DNA from: Kofleriaceae bacterium
GTDB taxonomy: Bacteria; Myxococcota_A; Polyangia; Haliangiales; Haliangiaceae
Direction of reading: 5' to 3'
Assembly: GCA_035719245.1 (NCBI GenBank)
Contig: DASTGJ010000665.1
Location: 1-52,040, forward strand
DNA length: 52,040 nt
The position numbers were made by a program, and so were the translations under genes. Under the pieces are notes generated by a model, which was given only the letters and a program-made list of their open reading frames with translations, did not search any database and was not told the origin of the DNA. Shown here piece by piece: positions 1-13,010 of this stretch (positions within the stretch are counted from its first letter, which is position 1; the number at the start of each line of letters is the position of its first letter).

Positions 1-48
1 CACGAAACCTTGCACCGTACGATTCATCTCATTTTGGAAGTCGCTCAT
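1..48 (-). CDS. 5' end of an unidentified CDS running off the left edge (MSDFQNEMNRTVQGFV...)
   Basis: Reverse-strand ATG at 46-48 with GAGGA 6 nt upstream. The frame stays open to position 1. Only 16 codons are visible, and they are AT-richer than the rest of the window. Confidence 0.25.
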   Translation of the reverse strand, partial: MSDFQNEMNRTVQGFV

Positions 49-675
49 ATCGGATCCTCGTTCAAATTACAAAATCGATCTCTTTGATGATCTTATTTCA
101 GCATAGAAGCGATCGCCATACAAGCGTGGATATGGCGACAACGAGTGTTTTCGAAACTCTGTCTCCGGCTGACCGCTGTTCGCGAGCGCAGCATTGCATT
201 GTGAGACATCTTCCGAGCACTGCTCGTCGGCGTTGCCGAATGCGACGGCTTGTCGCGAAACACGCTCGATGCTGCACTGCTTCGCTGTGTGTGCCCGATC
301 TGAAGCACTCTGGAAAGTGACGCAGATCGATGCGGTGGCGTTCGCCGTCGAGGACGTGTGCGAGTCGTACCTTGCCGGATAGCGTAGAGGCTGTAAATCT
401 AGGGAGATAACGTACAGCCACGCTCGTGGTTCCCCACGCAAAGCATGCGCAGGTGCGATCACCAGTTGCACTGGTGCCGGTACTGCTGGTTCATCGCACG
501 ACGCTGGCTACCACAGACTGAGATCCGTTTGACCACTGCACGGGATATTTCTTCGTTTCCGCGGTCGGGTGGTCCGCGGCAGGTCCACGCCGTGCGCGCG
601 GCCGACGCGCAGCGCGAGACGAGCGTCTCCGTCGACGCTTCGCCGGCGACCGCGGCCGCGAGCGCGACCTCACGG

Positions 676-695
676 CTAACCAATCGCTAACCAAT
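676..695. repeat. Tandem direct repeat CTAACCAAT-cg-CTAACCAAT (11-bp period)
   Basis: Read directly at 676-684 and 687-695, in a stretch without a convincing CDS. Confidence 0.8.
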
Positions 696-1388
696 AAGTA
701 ATCCAGCGCGCCGGCCGAGCCGGTGTATACGCTCCTGACCACCGCTCGTCACGTGCGCCAGGCGGTTGTCACATGTGTTCTGCACACGCGTATCGGAACG
801 CCGACACGCGTGTGTGATCTGGACTGCAGCTGAATCGTCTCACCCTGCGCGACGACGCTCGCGGAGCTCGTCGAGAGTTCGTACCGGGACTCGGCACCGC
901 GAAAGCGGGCCGCGCATTGCGGCGAGGAATGCGGGCGGCAATCGCGCGGTGTGACTGCGCGGTTTTGCCGCGTCAGCTGCGCTGTGAAGCGCGCGCCGGA
1001 CTGAGACGCTCGCGGCGTCGCAGGGGCTGTGTGGGACGGACGGGTGGGCGATACTGGCGACGCTGGCGCCGGAAAAGCGACAGTCCCGGCGCACGCTGGC
1101 CGTACAGCGACTCTGCACGGCGGGCGAACCTGCGCCAGGGCACGGTGAGGAATCCGCCACGCGGCGCGAGGTGCGCAGTCATGACGCCTGGATGACAGCC
1201 AGTTTGTGTCCCGGACCCCAGGGCAATCCCGATCATAGCCTGCCGCAGAATGCCGGGACTGATCTGGTGATCAGTAGTGCGCGTACGCCGCGGTCACCGT
1301 GATGGGATGAGCGGCGTTCTCGACACGCGTTGCGCACCTCTTACACGCCGCGTACGGCGACGTGCTGCCGTGTGCGGGACGCGCGGCC

Positions 1389-4300
1389 TCAGGCGGCGCG
1401 GGCGCCGAACAGGCGGCGGCGCAGCGCCTCGCGCGCGGCGCCGGCCCAGTAATAGGTGACGGGGAGGACGATCAAGGTGAGGAGGGCGGACGAGATCGTG
1501 CCACCCACGACGACCACGGCGATCGGCCGCTGGGTCTCGCTGCCGATCGCGTGCGACATCGCGGCGGGGAGCAGGCCGAGCGAGGCGAGCAGGGCGGTCA
1601 CGAGCACCGCGCGCAGGCGCTCCTTGGCGCCGTCCAGCGTGGCGCTCCACGCCGGCTCGCCGCGATCGAGCCGGGCCCGGATCGCGCTCACCACGAGCAC
1701 GCCATTGAGCACGGCCTGGCCGAGCAGGGCGATGAAGCCGACCGCGGCCGAGACCGAGAGCGTCATGCCGACCGCGGACAGGCCGAGCAGGCCGCCGACG
1801 AGCGCGACCGGCATGTTGAGGAGGATGATCGTGGCGTCCCACACCGAGCCGAACGCGGAGAACAGGAGCAAGAAGGTGAGGAGGATCGAGAGCGGGAGCA
1901 CGAGGGTGAGCCGCTTCATCGCGCGCTGCTGGTTCTCGAACTCGCCGCCCCACTGCAGATCGTAGCCGGTGGGCAGCTTGACCCCGGCGGCGACCCGGCT
2001 TTGCGCCTCGGCGATGAACGAGCCGAGATCGCGATTGCGCACGTTCATGCGAATGCCGACGTAGCGCTTGCCGCTCTCGCGCGTGATCGCGGCGCGGCTG
2101 GTATCGAGCGTGACGTCGGCGAGCGCCTTGAGCGGCACGAGCCCGCCGTCCTTGAGCGGCACGCGGAGGTTGGCGATCGTCTCGACGTTCTGGCGCGCGG
2201 CGACCGGCAGGCGCACCGTGACGTCGAACCGCTTCTCGGCGTCCCACAGCTCGGAGGCGTTGTGGCCGGACAGCGCGATCTCGAGGAACGACTGCAGGCT
2301 GCCGAGGTCGAGGTTCCAGCGCGTGAGCGCCTCGCGGTGCGGCTTGATCGAGATCGCGGGCTGGAGCGACGCCTTGACGATGCCGAGGTCGGCGACGCCC
2401 GGCACCTTGCCGATCTCGGCTTCGATCTTCTCGGCGAGCTGCTGCAGCTGATCGAGATCGTCGCCGTAGAGCTTGACCGCGACCTGGCCGAACTGACCAC
2501 TGATGTTCTCGGCGACGTTGTCTCGAATGGGCTGGCTGAAATTGTATTCCAGGCCGGGAATCGCCTTGAGGTTGCGATTCATGATCTCGACGATGTCGTC
2601 GATCGAGTGGATCTCGGGCCGCCACTGGGCCATCGGCTTGAGCTTGACGAACACCTCGAGGTTGTTGAGCAGGGTCGGGTCGGTGCCGTCCTCGGGGCGG
2701 CCGAGCTGGCTGAGCAGCTCGGTGACCTCGGGGACGCCCTCGCGCATGACCGCGATGATCCGGGGCGTGAGCTTTCGGCCCTCGGTGAGCGAGCTCGTCG
2801 CCGGCAAGGTGAAGGTGACGTAGAGCGAGCCCTCGTTGAGCTCGGGGAGGAACTCGGTGCCGAGCCGCGGCGCGAGCGTGACGCCGGCGACGACGAGCGA
2901 GCCGGCGAGCACGAGCACGGCGATCGGGTTGCGCATCGCGGTGGTGATCGAGGGCAGGTAGGCGCGGCGCGCCAGCTTGAGCAGCGGCGACTCGCGGAGC
3001 TTCTTGTGGCGGCGCAGCGCGAAGAAGCACAGCACCGGCACGAGCGTGAAGCTCACGATCATCGCGCCGACCAGCGCGCTGACCACGGTGTGCGCCATCG
3101 GCGCGAAGATCCGGCCCTCGACGCGCTGGAGCGCGAAGATCGGGAGATACGCCGCTACAATAATGAGGAGCGAGAACAGGGTCGGCCGCGCGACCTCGCG
3201 CGCCGCCTCGAAGATCGTCGACACGCGCTGGGTCGTCGACTGGGTGCCGTACGCCTCGCCGGCGGCGTGCTCGAACACGTGCTCGACGAGGATCACCGCG
3301 CCGTCGACGATGATGCCGAAGTCGACCGCGCCCATCGACAGCAAGTTGGCCGACATGCCGCGCATGTGGAGGTAGATGAACGACGCGGCGAGCGAGAGCG
3401 GGATGACGAGGGTGACGACGAGCGACGCGCGCACCGAGAGCAGGAACGCGAACAGCACCACGGTGACCAGGATCGCGCCCTCGGCGAGGTTGTGGAACAC
3501 GGTCTCGAGCGTGGTGTCGACGAGCTCGGTGCGGTCGTAGAACGGCTTGATCCGGATGTTGGGCGGCAGGGAGTGCGCGTGGATGTCGGCGAGCTTGGCG
3601 CGCAAGGCCTCGAGCACGACCGACGGGTTCTCGCCGCGCCGCATGAGCACGATGCCCTCGACCGCGTCGCCGTTGCCGGCGCGCGTGACCACGCCCTGGC
3701 GCGGCGCGTAGCCGATCGACACGGTGGCGACATCGGATAGCTTGACCGGCACGTTGGCGTGGAAGCCGACCCGGACCTTGCCGATATCGTCGACCGTCTT
3801 GAAGGTGCCGATCGAGCGGATCACGAACACCTGCTCGCCGCGCTCGATCGTGCCGCCCGACGCGTTGGCCGACGCGTTGGACAGCGCCTGGAACAGGTCG
3901 TCGAGCACGACGCCGAGCGAGGCCATCTTGGTCGGGTTGGGCTCGACGTGGACCTCCTGGATCAGGCCGCCGTACGACACCACGTCGGCGACGCCGGGCA
4001 CGCGCATGAGCGCGGGCCGCACCGTCCAGTCCTGGAGCGTGCGCAGCGTCATCGGATCGGCGTTGGGGCCGTCGAGCGTGTAGCGGTAGACCTCGCCGAT
4101 CGGCGTCGCGAGCGGGCCGAGGTCGGGCGAGATGCCGGGCGGCAGATTGGCGTCCGGGATGCGCTCCACGATCTGCTGGCGGGCGACGAGCGGCTCGACG
4201 CCGTCGGCGAACGTGAGCGTGACCGCGGACAGGCCGAACAGCGAGACCGAGCGCAGGCGGTACAGGCCGGGCACGCCGTTGAGCGCGCGCTCGAGCGGGA

Positions 4301-4499
4301 TCGAGACCCGGCGCTCGACCTCTTCGGAAGGTTGCCCCGGGTACAGGGTGATGACCTGAACCTGGGTATCGGTGGGATCGGGGAACGCTTCGATCGTGAG
4401 GTGCTGGTACGCGTACCAGCCGCCCGCGAGCACCGCGATCGCCATGATGAACGTGAACAGGCGCGCCGTGAGCGCGCCACCGAGCAGCCGATCGATCAT
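1389..4499 (-). CDS. czcA: RND inner-membrane efflux pump, heavy-metal (CzcA/CusA) family
   Basis: 1036-aa ORF. N-terminus MIDRLL...IEAFPDPTDTQVQVITLYPG and a multi-TM layout with two large loops are typical of HME-RND pumps. Adaptor and outer-membrane factor genes lie directly upstream on the same strand. The symbol is meant at family level only. Confidence 0.9.
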   Translation of the reverse strand: MIDRLLGGALTARLFTFIMAIAVLAGGWYAYQHLTIEAFPDPTDTQVQVITLYPGQPSEEVERRVSIPLERALNGVPGLYRLRSVSLFGLSAVTLTFADGVEPLVARQQIVERIPDANLPPGISPDLGPLATPIGEVYRYTLDGPNADPMTLRTLQDWTVRPALMRVPGVADVVSYGGLIQEVHVEPNPTKMASLGVVLDDLFQALSNASANASGGTIERGEQVFVIRSIGTFKTVDDIGKVRVGFHANVPVKLSDVATVSIGYAPRQGVVTRAGNGDAVEGIVLMRRGENPSVVLEALRAKLADIHAHSLPPNIRIKPFYDRTELVDTTLETVFHNLAEGAILVTVVLFAFLLSVRASLVVTLVIPLSLAASFIYLHMRGMSANLLSMGAVDFGIIVDGAVILVEHVFEHAAGEAYGTQSTTQRVSTIFEAAREVARPTLFSLLIIVAAYLPIFALQRVEGRIFAPMAHTVVSALVGAMIVSFTLVPVLCFFALRRHKKLRESPLLKLARRAYLPSITTAMRNPIAVLVLAGSLVVAGVTLAPRLGTEFLPELNEGSLYVTFTLPATSSLTEGRKLTPRIIAVMREGVPEVTELLSQLGRPEDGTDPTLLNNLEVFVKLKPMAQWRPEIHSIDDIVEIMNRNLKAIPGLEYNFSQPIRDNVAENISGQFGQVAVKLYGDDLDQLQQLAEKIEAEIGKVPGVADLGIVKASLQPAISIKPHREALTRWNLDLGSLQSFLEIALSGHNASELWDAEKRFDVTVRLPVAARQNVETIANLRVPLKDGGLVPLKALADVTLDTSRAAITRESGKRYVGIRMNVRNRDLGSFIAEAQSRVAAGVKLPTGYDLQWGGEFENQQRAMKRLTLVLPLSILLTFLLLFSAFGSVWDATIILLNMPVALVGGLLGLSAVGMTLSVSAAVGFIALLGQAVLNGVLVVSAIRARLDRGEPAWSATLDGAKERLRAVLVTALLASLGLLPAAMSHAIGSETQRPIAVVVVGGTISSALLTLIVLPVTYYWAGAAREALRRRLFGARAA

Positions 4500-4516
4500 G
4501 TGCCCTCGCGGGTTCG

Positions 4517-5707
4517 CTAGTTGTCGAGCTGGATCTGGTTATCGAGCAGGATCGCGCCCTGGACCACGACGGGCTCCTTGGGCTCGAGGCCGGCGAGCAC
4601 CGGCACCTTGCCGTTGCTCGGCGAGCCGACGGTGACGTCGCGGTGGACGAACGCGCCCTTGCCGTCCTGGATGTAGACGTAGCTCTTGGCGCCGTCGGTC
4701 ATCACCGCCTCCATCGGCAGGGCGACCGCGGCCTTGGTCGGATCGAAGAACTGGACCTGGGCGTACGCGTTGGGGCGTAGGGCGCCCTCGGGGTTGGCGA
4801 GCTTGACCCGGACCGGCACGGTGTGGCGCTCGGGGTCGACGACGGCCGACACCTGATCGATCGTGCCCTCGAGCTGGTTGCCGCCGACGAGCACCCGGGC
4901 CTTGGCGCCGGCGGCGAGCCCGCCGACGTCGCTCTCGAACAGGTCGGCGACCACCCACACGTACGTGAGATCGGCGATCGCCATCACGGTGCCGCTCGAC
5001 GTATCGACCTCCTGGCCGACCGAGAGGTTCTTCTCGACGACCACGCCGTCGCGCGGCGCGGTCACGGTGAACGCGGCGTCGCCGGCGCCGGCGACGCGCA
5101 GCGAGGCGATCTTCTGCTCGGAGAGCTGGACCGCGAGCTCGGCCTCGGCGAGCGCCTGCTTGGCGGCGATCAGCTCCTTGCCGGGCAGCGACTGCGCGTC
5201 GACGAGCGCCTGGGTGCGCTCGAGGTTGATCTTCGCGGTCGAGCGCTCGACGAGCGCCTTCTCGTGGTCGGCGCGCATGTCGGCGAGGTTGGGGCTGGCC
5301 ACGGTGTACAGGGCCTGGCCCGCCTTGACGTGCTGACCGCGCTCGACCGCGACGTTGGTGACGCGGCCGGCGAGCGGCGAGCCGAGGCGCGACGCGCGCG
5401 CCTCGTCGAACACGATGCGGCCGGGCACCGCGTCGGTCCAGTGCGGCTCGGCGGCGTCGGCGGGCGCGACCTTGATCATCGCCCACTGGGGCGCGTTCTG
5501 CGCGAGCTTGACGTTATCGGACCCGACGGTCATGCCGGGCGCCGGCGCCTCGACCGGCGGGTCGGGCCGGTGGTAGCGGCACGCCAGGCCGATCGTGCCG
5601 CCGCCGACGAGGATCGCGGCGATGAAGATCGGGATGCGCATCGGGTGCTTGCCGCCGGGCCTGGCGGTGGTGGGGTCGGTGTCGGGGGCGGGTGCGTGAT
5701 CGGTCAT
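4517..5707 (-). CDS. czcB: RND periplasmic adaptor (membrane fusion) protein, CzcB-like
   Basis: Start taken at MTDHAPAP (ATG 5707) inside the 624-aa ORF. It has a single N-terminal TM (IPIFIAAILVGGGTIGLA) and coiled-coil plus beta-barrel segments. ATGA start/stop overlap with the upstream gene. Confidence 0.85.
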   Translation of the reverse strand: MTDHAPAPDTDPTTARPGGKHPMRIPIFIAAILVGGGTIGLACRYHRPDPPVEAPAPGMTVGSDNVKLAQNAPQWAMIKVAPADAAEPHWTDAVPGRIVFDEARASRLGSPLAGRVTNVAVERGQHVKAGQALYTVASPNLADMRADHEKALVERSTAKINLERTQALVDAQSLPGKELIAAKQALAEAELAVQLSEQKIASLRVAGAGDAAFTVTAPRDGVVVEKNLSVGQEVDTSSGTVMAIADLTYVWVVADLFESDVGGLAAGAKARVLVGGNQLEGTIDQVSAVVDPERHTVPVRVKLANPEGALRPNAYAQVQFFDPTKAAVALPMEAVMTDGAKSYVYIQDGKGAFVHRDVTVGSPSNGKVPVLAGLEPKEPVVVQGAILLDNQIQLDN

Positions 5708-7083
5708 TGCGGTCTCCGGACGGCGCGCGCGATCTGATCGTCGAGACCGAGGTCCTGACGGAGCTGCGCGCGGACATTGAACAGGTCGAAACGGGTGTCG
5801 AGTACCTCGAGGAGGAGCTCGCGGTGCTGGCGCTCGGCGAGCAGGAGCTCGGCGAGGCCGGCCTGGCCGAGGTCGAACGCGCGCCGGGTCTGCTCGACGA
5901 TCTGCGCCGACTTGGGCACCGCCTCGGCCTCGAGCGTGTGCAAGGTGGCCTCGAGCGTGGCGCGCTGGGCGCGCAGGGCCTCGACCTCGCCGTGCGCGGT
6001 GAGGGCCTGCGCGAGCTCGTCGGCGGTGGCGGCGCGGGCGTTGGCGCGCGCGGCGGCCGCGTCGTGCGTGCCGCGGTCGAAGATCGTGAGCGGGAAGCTG
6101 AGCGAGACCAGCGCGGTCTGCGCCTGGTTGCCGGCGACGGTGAGGTTGTCGTACGTGTAGCCGACGCCGAGCGTGAGATCGGGGATGGCGCGGCGCTCGG
6201 CGAGCGTGGCGTCCGAGCCGAGCGCGCTGACCTCGAGCCGCGACGCCTGGCGCGCGGCGCGGTGGTCGATCGCGTCGTCGATCGCGGGCGCGGTGGTCGG
6301 CAGCGCGGCGGGCAGCGGCGCGCCGGCGTCGAGCGCGGTCGGCTCGCCCAGGCCGTCGAGCGCGCACGGCGCGTGGAGCAGGGCGGTGCACACCGCGGCG
6401 GCGGTCGCGACGTCGGCCTCGGCGCGCCGGAGCTGGAGCTCGAGCTGCTGGGTATCGAGCTCGATGCGCGCGAACTCCGCGCCCGACAGATCCTGGTGAT
6501 CGCGCCGCACCTGCTCGAGCGCCTGTTGCTTGCGCGCCGACTCGAGGTTGACCGCCATCGCCGCGCGCTTGGAGCTGACGTACGCGAGCTTGCCGAGCAC
6601 GGTCATCGCCTCGCCGAGCCGGGCGCCGAGCGCGGCGGTCGCCATCTCGCCCGCTTCCTCGGCGCGCAGGCTCGCGGCGCGCTCGCGCGGGCCGCGCTTG
6701 CCGAGCTCGATCAGCTCGCTCACGCTCACGTTGACGTTCGTCGTCTCGTTGAGCCCGAGGCGCGGGACATCGGGATTGGTCCTGCCGAGCACAAAACCAC
6801 CGACCGAAACCTGCAGTTGCGGATTGGGTAAGACGCCGGCCTGCTCACTCGCGGCGATCGCGGCCTCGCGCTTGGCGCGTGCGGAATCCACCGTCGGGTC
6901 GCGGCCGGACAGCCACGCCGCGAGCAGCGACGGATCGGAGAACAACGGACGGATCGCCACCGCGGCCTCCCCCTCATCAGCGCGCGCGAGCACGGGCGCG
7001 AGGAGTATGGCAGCGAGCGGCACACAGAACCACGGACGGCGCACGGCGACGGTCACGTGCACGCACGAGGCCATCGCGGTCAT
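5704..7083 (-). CDS. czcC: Outer-membrane efflux factor, TolC/CzcC family
   Basis: Start at MTAMASC (7083; 7074 is also possible). Signal peptide ends ...LLAPVLARA. Two internally similar coiled-coil halves are typical of OEP proteins. Confidence 0.8.
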   Translation of the reverse strand: MTAMASCVHVTVAVRRPWFCVPLAAILLAPVLARADEGEAAVAIRPLFSDPSLLAAWLSGRDPTVDSARAKREAAIAASEQAGVLPNPQLQVSVGGFVLGRTNPDVPRLGLNETTNVNVSVSELIELGKRGPRERAASLRAEEAGEMATAALGARLGEAMTVLGKLAYVSSKRAAMAVNLESARKQQALEQVRRDHQDLSGAEFARIELDTQQLELQLRRAEADVATAAAVCTALLHAPCALDGLGEPTALDAGAPLPAALPTTAPAIDDAIDHRAARQASRLEVSALGSDATLAERRAIPDLTLGVGYTYDNLTVAGNQAQTALVSLSFPLTIFDRGTHDAAAARANARAATADELAQALTAHGEVEALRAQRATLEATLHTLEAEAVPKSAQIVEQTRRAFDLGQAGLAELLLAERQHRELLLEVLDTRFDLFNVRAQLRQDLGLDDQIARAVRRPQ

Positions 7084-7306
7084 GCGAAGTCGTGCGTTGA
7101 TCTGAGTCAATACGACACGATTACGAGTCCCAAGCTGCCCCACTGGCCAAGTCCTCGACGTCAGCGCCGGCGAGCGTGTCGATTCGACCCACTGGCGATC
7201 CGCCGTCGACCGCGCCGCGCGTACGAATTGCACTCGAGAATCTGCGCGCTTGCCGACGCGGCGTGGCCACCGCCTGAACACGACCGGGTCCAGGCCGAAA
7301 ACGCCC

Positions 7307-7321
7307 CGGTGCGATCGTTGC
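7307..7321 (+). promoter_or_regulatory. Candidate sigma-54 (-24/-12) promoter CGGTGC-N5-TTGC
   Basis: GG at 7308-7309 and GC at 7320-7321 are exactly 12 nt apart, 38 nt upstream of ATG 7359 of the kinase/sigma-54-activator operon. The -24 half matches the TGGCAC consensus only partly. Confidence 0.3.
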
Positions 7322-7358
7322 TATGGTCGGGGGTCGCACTCGCCCGCCTGAAATTCTC

Positions 7359-8761
7359 ATGAAGCTCGTCGCCAAGTACACGCTGGTCCTGGTCGCCGCG
7401 ATCGCGCTCGCGCTGTCGATGCTGACCGTCTACCGGATGGACAGCGACCGCTCGAACTTCGAGAACGACATGGGGATCGATCACCGCGTGGTCGGCCGCG
7501 TGCTGGTCGCGATCGCGGCCGATCAGTGGCGCGATCAGGGCACGCTCGGCGGCGAGCGCGGCCCGCACCTGATCCAGCACCTGATCGATCGCGCGAACGA
7601 CGCCGGCGGCCCGACGCGCTTCGCGTGGCAGGTCGGGCCGAGCGCCGGGGGCGAGGTGCGCGGCGAGGAGGGCGACGAGTACGTCTCGCACTTCCCGGTG
7701 CGGGTCGACGGCCATGTGGTCGGCACGATCACGGTGCGCGAATCGCTGACCGACACCGAGCGCCTCGTCCACCACGGCATCGTGATCAGCGTGCTGAGCG
7801 TGGGCGTGATCGTGGGGCTGTCGCTCGTGGCGTCGCTCGTGCTCGGCCGCTGGCTGGTCGGCAAGCCGATCAGCCAGCTCGTCGACAAGGCGCGCCGGGT
7901 CGGCCGCCGCGAGTTCGCCGGCGCGGTCGAGCTGCGGCGCGCCGACGAGCTGGGCGAGCTGGCGTCGGCGATGAACGCGATGAGCGGCGAGCTCGCGCAG
8001 GCGCTCCACCAGATCACGGTCGAGACCGACGCCCGGGTGCGCGCGGTCGAGCAGATGCGGCACGCCGACCGGCTGTCGACGGTGGGCAAGCTCGCGGCCG
8101 GCGTGGCGCACGAGCTGGGCACGCCGCTCTCGATCGTGGCGGGCTACGCGCAGATGATCGCGAGCCGCGAGGTGAGCGACGAGGCGGCGCTCGACAGCGC
8201 GCGCGCGATCGACCGCGAGGCGACCCGGATGAGCCGGATCGTGCGCCAGCTGCTCGACTTCGCGCGCCGGCGCGGCCCCGAGGGCACGACGAGCGACGTC
8301 AAGATGATCGCCGAGCGCTGCCTGCACCTGCTCGCGCCGATGGCGGTCAAGGCCGGGGTGGAGATCGAGCTCGGCGTGCCGGCCGGCCTTCACGTGCTGA
8401 TCGACGAGAACAACTTTCAGCAGGTGCTCACCAACCTGCTCGTCAACGCCTTGCAAGCGATGCCGAGCGGCGGCGCGTTGCGCGTGACCGCCGCGCACGA
8501 CACGAGCGCGCCGCCCGACGAGCCGGCGCGCGCGCCGGCGCCGTGCGTGCGGGTCAGCGTGGCCGACACCGGCACCGGCATCGCGCCCGACGTGCTCGCC
8601 CACATCTTCGAGCCGTTCTTCACCACCAAGCAGCCCGGCGATGGCACGGGCCTGGGGCTCGCCGTGATCTACGGTATCGTCGTCGACCACCAGGGCTGGA
8701 TCACGGTGGACACCAGCGAGCGCGGCACGACGTTCTCGATCTTCTTGCAGGAGGCTGCCGC

Positions 8762-8765
<4 letters not shown>
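7359..8765 (+). CDS. Membrane sensor histidine kinase (HisKA-HATPase)
   Basis: Start at MKLVAKY (ATG 7359). Two TM segments. H-box [10 protein letters not shown] box [10 protein letters not shown] boxes DTGTGI and GTGLGL. GTGA overlap with the downstream regulator. Confidence 0.9.
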
Positions 8766-10132
<1,367 letters not shown>

Positions 10133-10148
10133 CCCGCGGCGGCGCGGG
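10133..10148. terminator. GC hairpin CCCGCG-GCGG-CGCGGG between convergent genes
   Basis: Perfect 6-bp stem directly after the regulator stop codon. There is no U-tract, so terminator function is uncertain. Confidence 0.3.
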
Positions 10149-10162
10149 CGTGGCGGCGAACG

Positions 10163-11038
10163 CTAGTTGTCGCTCGCGACCTGGCGGTGCGACATCGCGT
10201 GCGCCGACGCGCGCGCGGCGAGCTTGCTGCCCGGCGCGCCGCGATCGAGCCAGGCCGCGACCCGGTTGAAGTCGTCGAACCGGGTGAGCTTGCCGTCGGC
10301 GCCGAGGAACGCCATCACCACCGCGCGCTTCTCGATCCGCGCCCCGGCCACGAAGCAGTAGCCGGCCGGCTTGGTGTACCCGGTCTTGCCCCCGGTCACG
10401 TCCCACTTGCCGATCACGAGCGGCTGGTTGGTCGAGATGTAGTGAATTCGGGAGTAGTGATCCTTCGAGACGACCTCGGCCGAGTCCTGCTTCATGATCT
10501 CGGCGATCACGTCGTCGGTGAGTGCCGCGCGAAGCGCCATCGCCATCTCGCGCGCGGTCGACACGTTGCCGCGCAGGCCGGTCGGGTCGGTGAACTTGGT
10601 CCGCTTGAGGTGAAGATCTTTGGCGACCTGGGTCATCGCGGCGACCAGCTCGTCGGGGTCCATGCCGGCGGCGCGGGCGAGCGCGGTCGGCGCCCGGTTG
10701 TCGCTGGAGATCAGCATGGCGCGTAACAGGTCTTTATTGCGGAATTTTTGCCCGATGTCGAGCCGGGTTCGCGCGCCGCCCGCCGCGAACTTGGCGTCGA
10801 CCTTCGTGATCTGGGTCCAGCCGTCGAGGTCGAGCTTCTTTCGCACCGCCATCGCGACGAAGATCTTAGTGGTCGACGCGATCGGCCGGATGTCGTCGGC
10901 ATCCTTGCTGAAGATCTCGTCGCCCGAATCCGCGTCGAGCACCACCGCGGTCTTGGAATGAACCTCGGGCAGGCTCTCTGCGTGGGCGGGGAGGCTTGCC
11001 ATCACGGCGAACGCAGCGCACAACACCTGGATCCGCAT
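10163..11038 (-). CDS. D-alanyl-D-alanine carboxypeptidase (peptidase S11, low-molecular-weight PBP)
   Basis: Signal peptide [20 protein letters not shown]. SxxK (STTK), SxN (SDN) and KTG (KTGYT) motifs occur in the correct order. Confidence 0.9.
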   Translation of the reverse strand: MRIQVLCAAFAVMASLPAHAESLPEVHSKTAVVLDADSGDEIFSKDADDIRPIASTTKIFVAMAVRKKLDLDGWTQITKVDAKFAAGGARTRLDIGQKFRNKDLLRAMLISSDNRAPTALARAAGMDPDELVAAMTQVAKDLHLKRTKFTDPTGLRGNVSTAREMAMALRAALTDDVIAEIMKQDSAEVVSKDHYSRIHYISTNQPLVIGKWDVTGGKTGYTKPAGYCFVAGARIEKRAVVMAFLGADGKLTRFDDFNRVAAWLDRGAPGSKLAARASAHAMSHRQVASDN

Positions 11039-11102
11039 GGGGGTGGGGCCATGGTGACACGAGGACCGTCATGCCGCGACTTTCGCGTCCTGGAAGGATA
11101 AG

Positions 11103-12977
<1,875 letters not shown>

Positions 12978-12988
12978 CGCGGTACACG

Positions 12989-13006
12989 AAAGATTAGAAA
13001 GATTAG
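12989..13006 (+). repeat. AT-rich tandem repeat AAAGATTAG x2 abutting the next start codon
   Basis: Read at 12989-12997 and 12998-13006, ending 4 nt before ATG 13011. Confidence 0.8.
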
Positions 13007-13010
13007 ATCG

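Noticed and set aside
1258-1275. Hairpin ACTGATC-TGGT-GATCAGT as the czcA terminator.
   Set aside because: It has only a 7-bp mixed stem, lies 114 nt from the stop codon and has no U-tract. That is too weak to call.
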